This document shows, piece by piece, positions 35,088 to 35,894 of a stretch of DNA of 35,894 nt; the first letter of the stretch is position 1, and each line of letters opens with the position of its first letter. The DNA is from a virus. Its lineage: Duplodnaviria; Caudoviricetes. The stretch spans positions 1 to 35,894 of IMG/VR virus record IMGVR_UViG_3300048856_000028; one strand, written 5' to 3'. The notes beneath the pieces are model-generated. The model did no database searches. It saw only the letters and a program-made list of their open reading frames with translations, and was not told the DNA's origin. The position numbers and the translations under genes were made by a program.

Positions 35088-35119
35088 TTGCCATCCGATG
35101 TTATTGTAACTACAATAAC
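35088..35119 (+). promoter_or_regulatory. brnTA promoter with palindromic operator
   Basis: TTGCCA-N17-TACAAT overlapped by GTTATTGTA-AC-TACAATAAC (35100-35119). Confidence 0.75.
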
Positions 35120-35122
35120 TGC

Positions 35123-35392
35123 ATGGAAATCACTTTCGACCCCAGCAAGGACGCCACCAACAGCACCAAGCACGGCATCTCGCTGGCCATGGCCTGTGAG
35201 ATCGACTGGTCGGACGTGATGGTCAAGCCGGATACCCGTAACGACTATCGCGAACTGCGCGAAATCGGATTCGGCTTTATCGGGGACCGTCTCTATTGCG
35301 TGGTGTTCACGCAGCGGGGGGATTCCCTCCACGTCATCAGCCTGCGCAAGGCGAACGCACGAGAGGTAAAGGAATATGCCGCAAGCTATTAA
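35123..35392 (+). CDS. brnT: BrnT family ribonuclease toxin
   Basis: FDPSKDATNSTKHGISL, YRELREIG, VVFTQRG, VISLRKANAREVK. Confidence 0.92.
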   Translation: MEITFDPSKDATNSTKHGISLAMACEIDWSDVMVKPDTRNDYRELREIGFGFIGDRLYCVVFTQRGDSLHVISLRKANAREVKEYAASY

Positions 35393-35678
35393 GACCCGGT
35401 CGGGTCGCACCGTCATCCTACCGACGCCCGAGGAGGACGCGGAAATCAACCGCGGCATCGCTGCGGACCCGGACACCTATGAGGTCAGCGCCGAGGAAAT
35501 GAAGCAGATGCAACCGCTCAAAAGCCGGGGCGGTCGGCCCAGGCTGGCAAATCCAAAAGAGCCGGTCACCATCCGCTACGACGCGGACGTGTTGGCTGCC
35601 TTCCGCTCCAGCGGCGATGGATGGCAGACCAAGATGAATGACGCGTTGAAAGATTGGCTCCGGACGCATCGTCCTTGA
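35376..35678 (+). CDS. brnA: BrnA family antitoxin
   Basis: GRP...KEPVTIRYDADVLAAFRSSGDGWQTKMNDAL RHH domain; overlaps brnT. Confidence 0.92.
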   Translation: MPQAIKTRSGRTVILPTPEEDAEINRGIAADPDTYEVSAEEMKQMQPLKSRGGRPRLANPKEPVTIRYDADVLAAFRSSGDGWQTKMNDALKDWLRTHRP

Positions 35679-35702
35679 TCGCGGCCCGGAGCTCAAAAGC
35701 AA

Positions 35703-35730
35703 GAAGCCCCGCGGCGGACCGGCGGGGCTC
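35703..35730. terminator. Hairpin terminator between brnA and the tRNA-like element
   Basis: AGCCCCGC/GCGGGGCT stem; minus strand followed by TCTTGCTTTT. Confidence 0.6.
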
Positions 35731-35739
35731 ATGATCGGG

Positions 35740-35846
35740 TGGTTCTGCGGTGGGATTCGGACCCACGAGCAAGGTGGTATTGCCTGCAGCGGCACCACCC
35801 TGCTTGTAGCTGCGTCACCTTTCGTCCGCTCAGGCACGCAGAACCA
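35740..35846 (-). ncRNA. tRNA-like RNA / pseudo-tRNA lacking a canonical anticodon arm
   Basis: Acceptor TTCTGCG/CGCAGAA, D-arm CCTGAGCGGACGAAAGG, long 12-bp stem, T-arm GTGGG-TCCGAAT-CCCAC. Confidence 0.55.
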
Positions 35847-35847
35847 A

Positions 35848-35882
35848 TGAAAAGCCCGCAGGGCGCGGACCGTGCGGGCTTT
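35848..35882 (-). terminator. Intrinsic terminator-like hairpin upstream of the tRNA-like element
   Basis: AAAGCCCGCA/TGCGGGCTTT stem; minus strand followed by TCATT. Confidence 0.6.
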
Positions 35883-35894
35883 GGTGGCATTTCT

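Overview
GC-rich window, probably from a Burkholderiales betaproteobacterium (inferred from the tRNA-Pro sequence, SOS boxes and phage gene types). It holds two adjacent phage-derived elements separated by a GNAT gene and the 3' remnant of tRNA-Pro(GGG), an att core at 9227-9272. RIGHT (9227 to beyond the window end): the late half of an apparently intact lambda/HK97-like siphoviral prophage on the minus strand, with HNH, cos, terS/terL, portal, ClpP-type protease, capsid, neck, tail, J and lysis genes. It also carries accessory genes: BrnT/BrnA, a membrane protein, a free TonB C-terminal domain, a GhoS/DUF2622-like protein, an SOS-regulated SRAP cassette, a tRNA-like RNA and a structured non-coding region with an NrdR-like box. 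LEFT (beyond the window start to 8005): the most unusual part, a compact HEADLESS contractile-tail cluster (tail terminator, DUF3383 sheath, DUF3277 tube, frameshifting chaperone, tape measure). It is wired directly to an intact-looking lambdoid switch and replication module: a double-HTH S24 repressor with 3 operators, a DUF1376 initiator with internal ori-like repeats, DnaB, a Q-like regulator and a pR'-like promoter. Integrase, cro and all packaging/head genes are missing from their usual positions, which suggests a domesticated, self-amplifying tailocin-like system. All family assignments come from motif recognition and synteny; no database searches were run.
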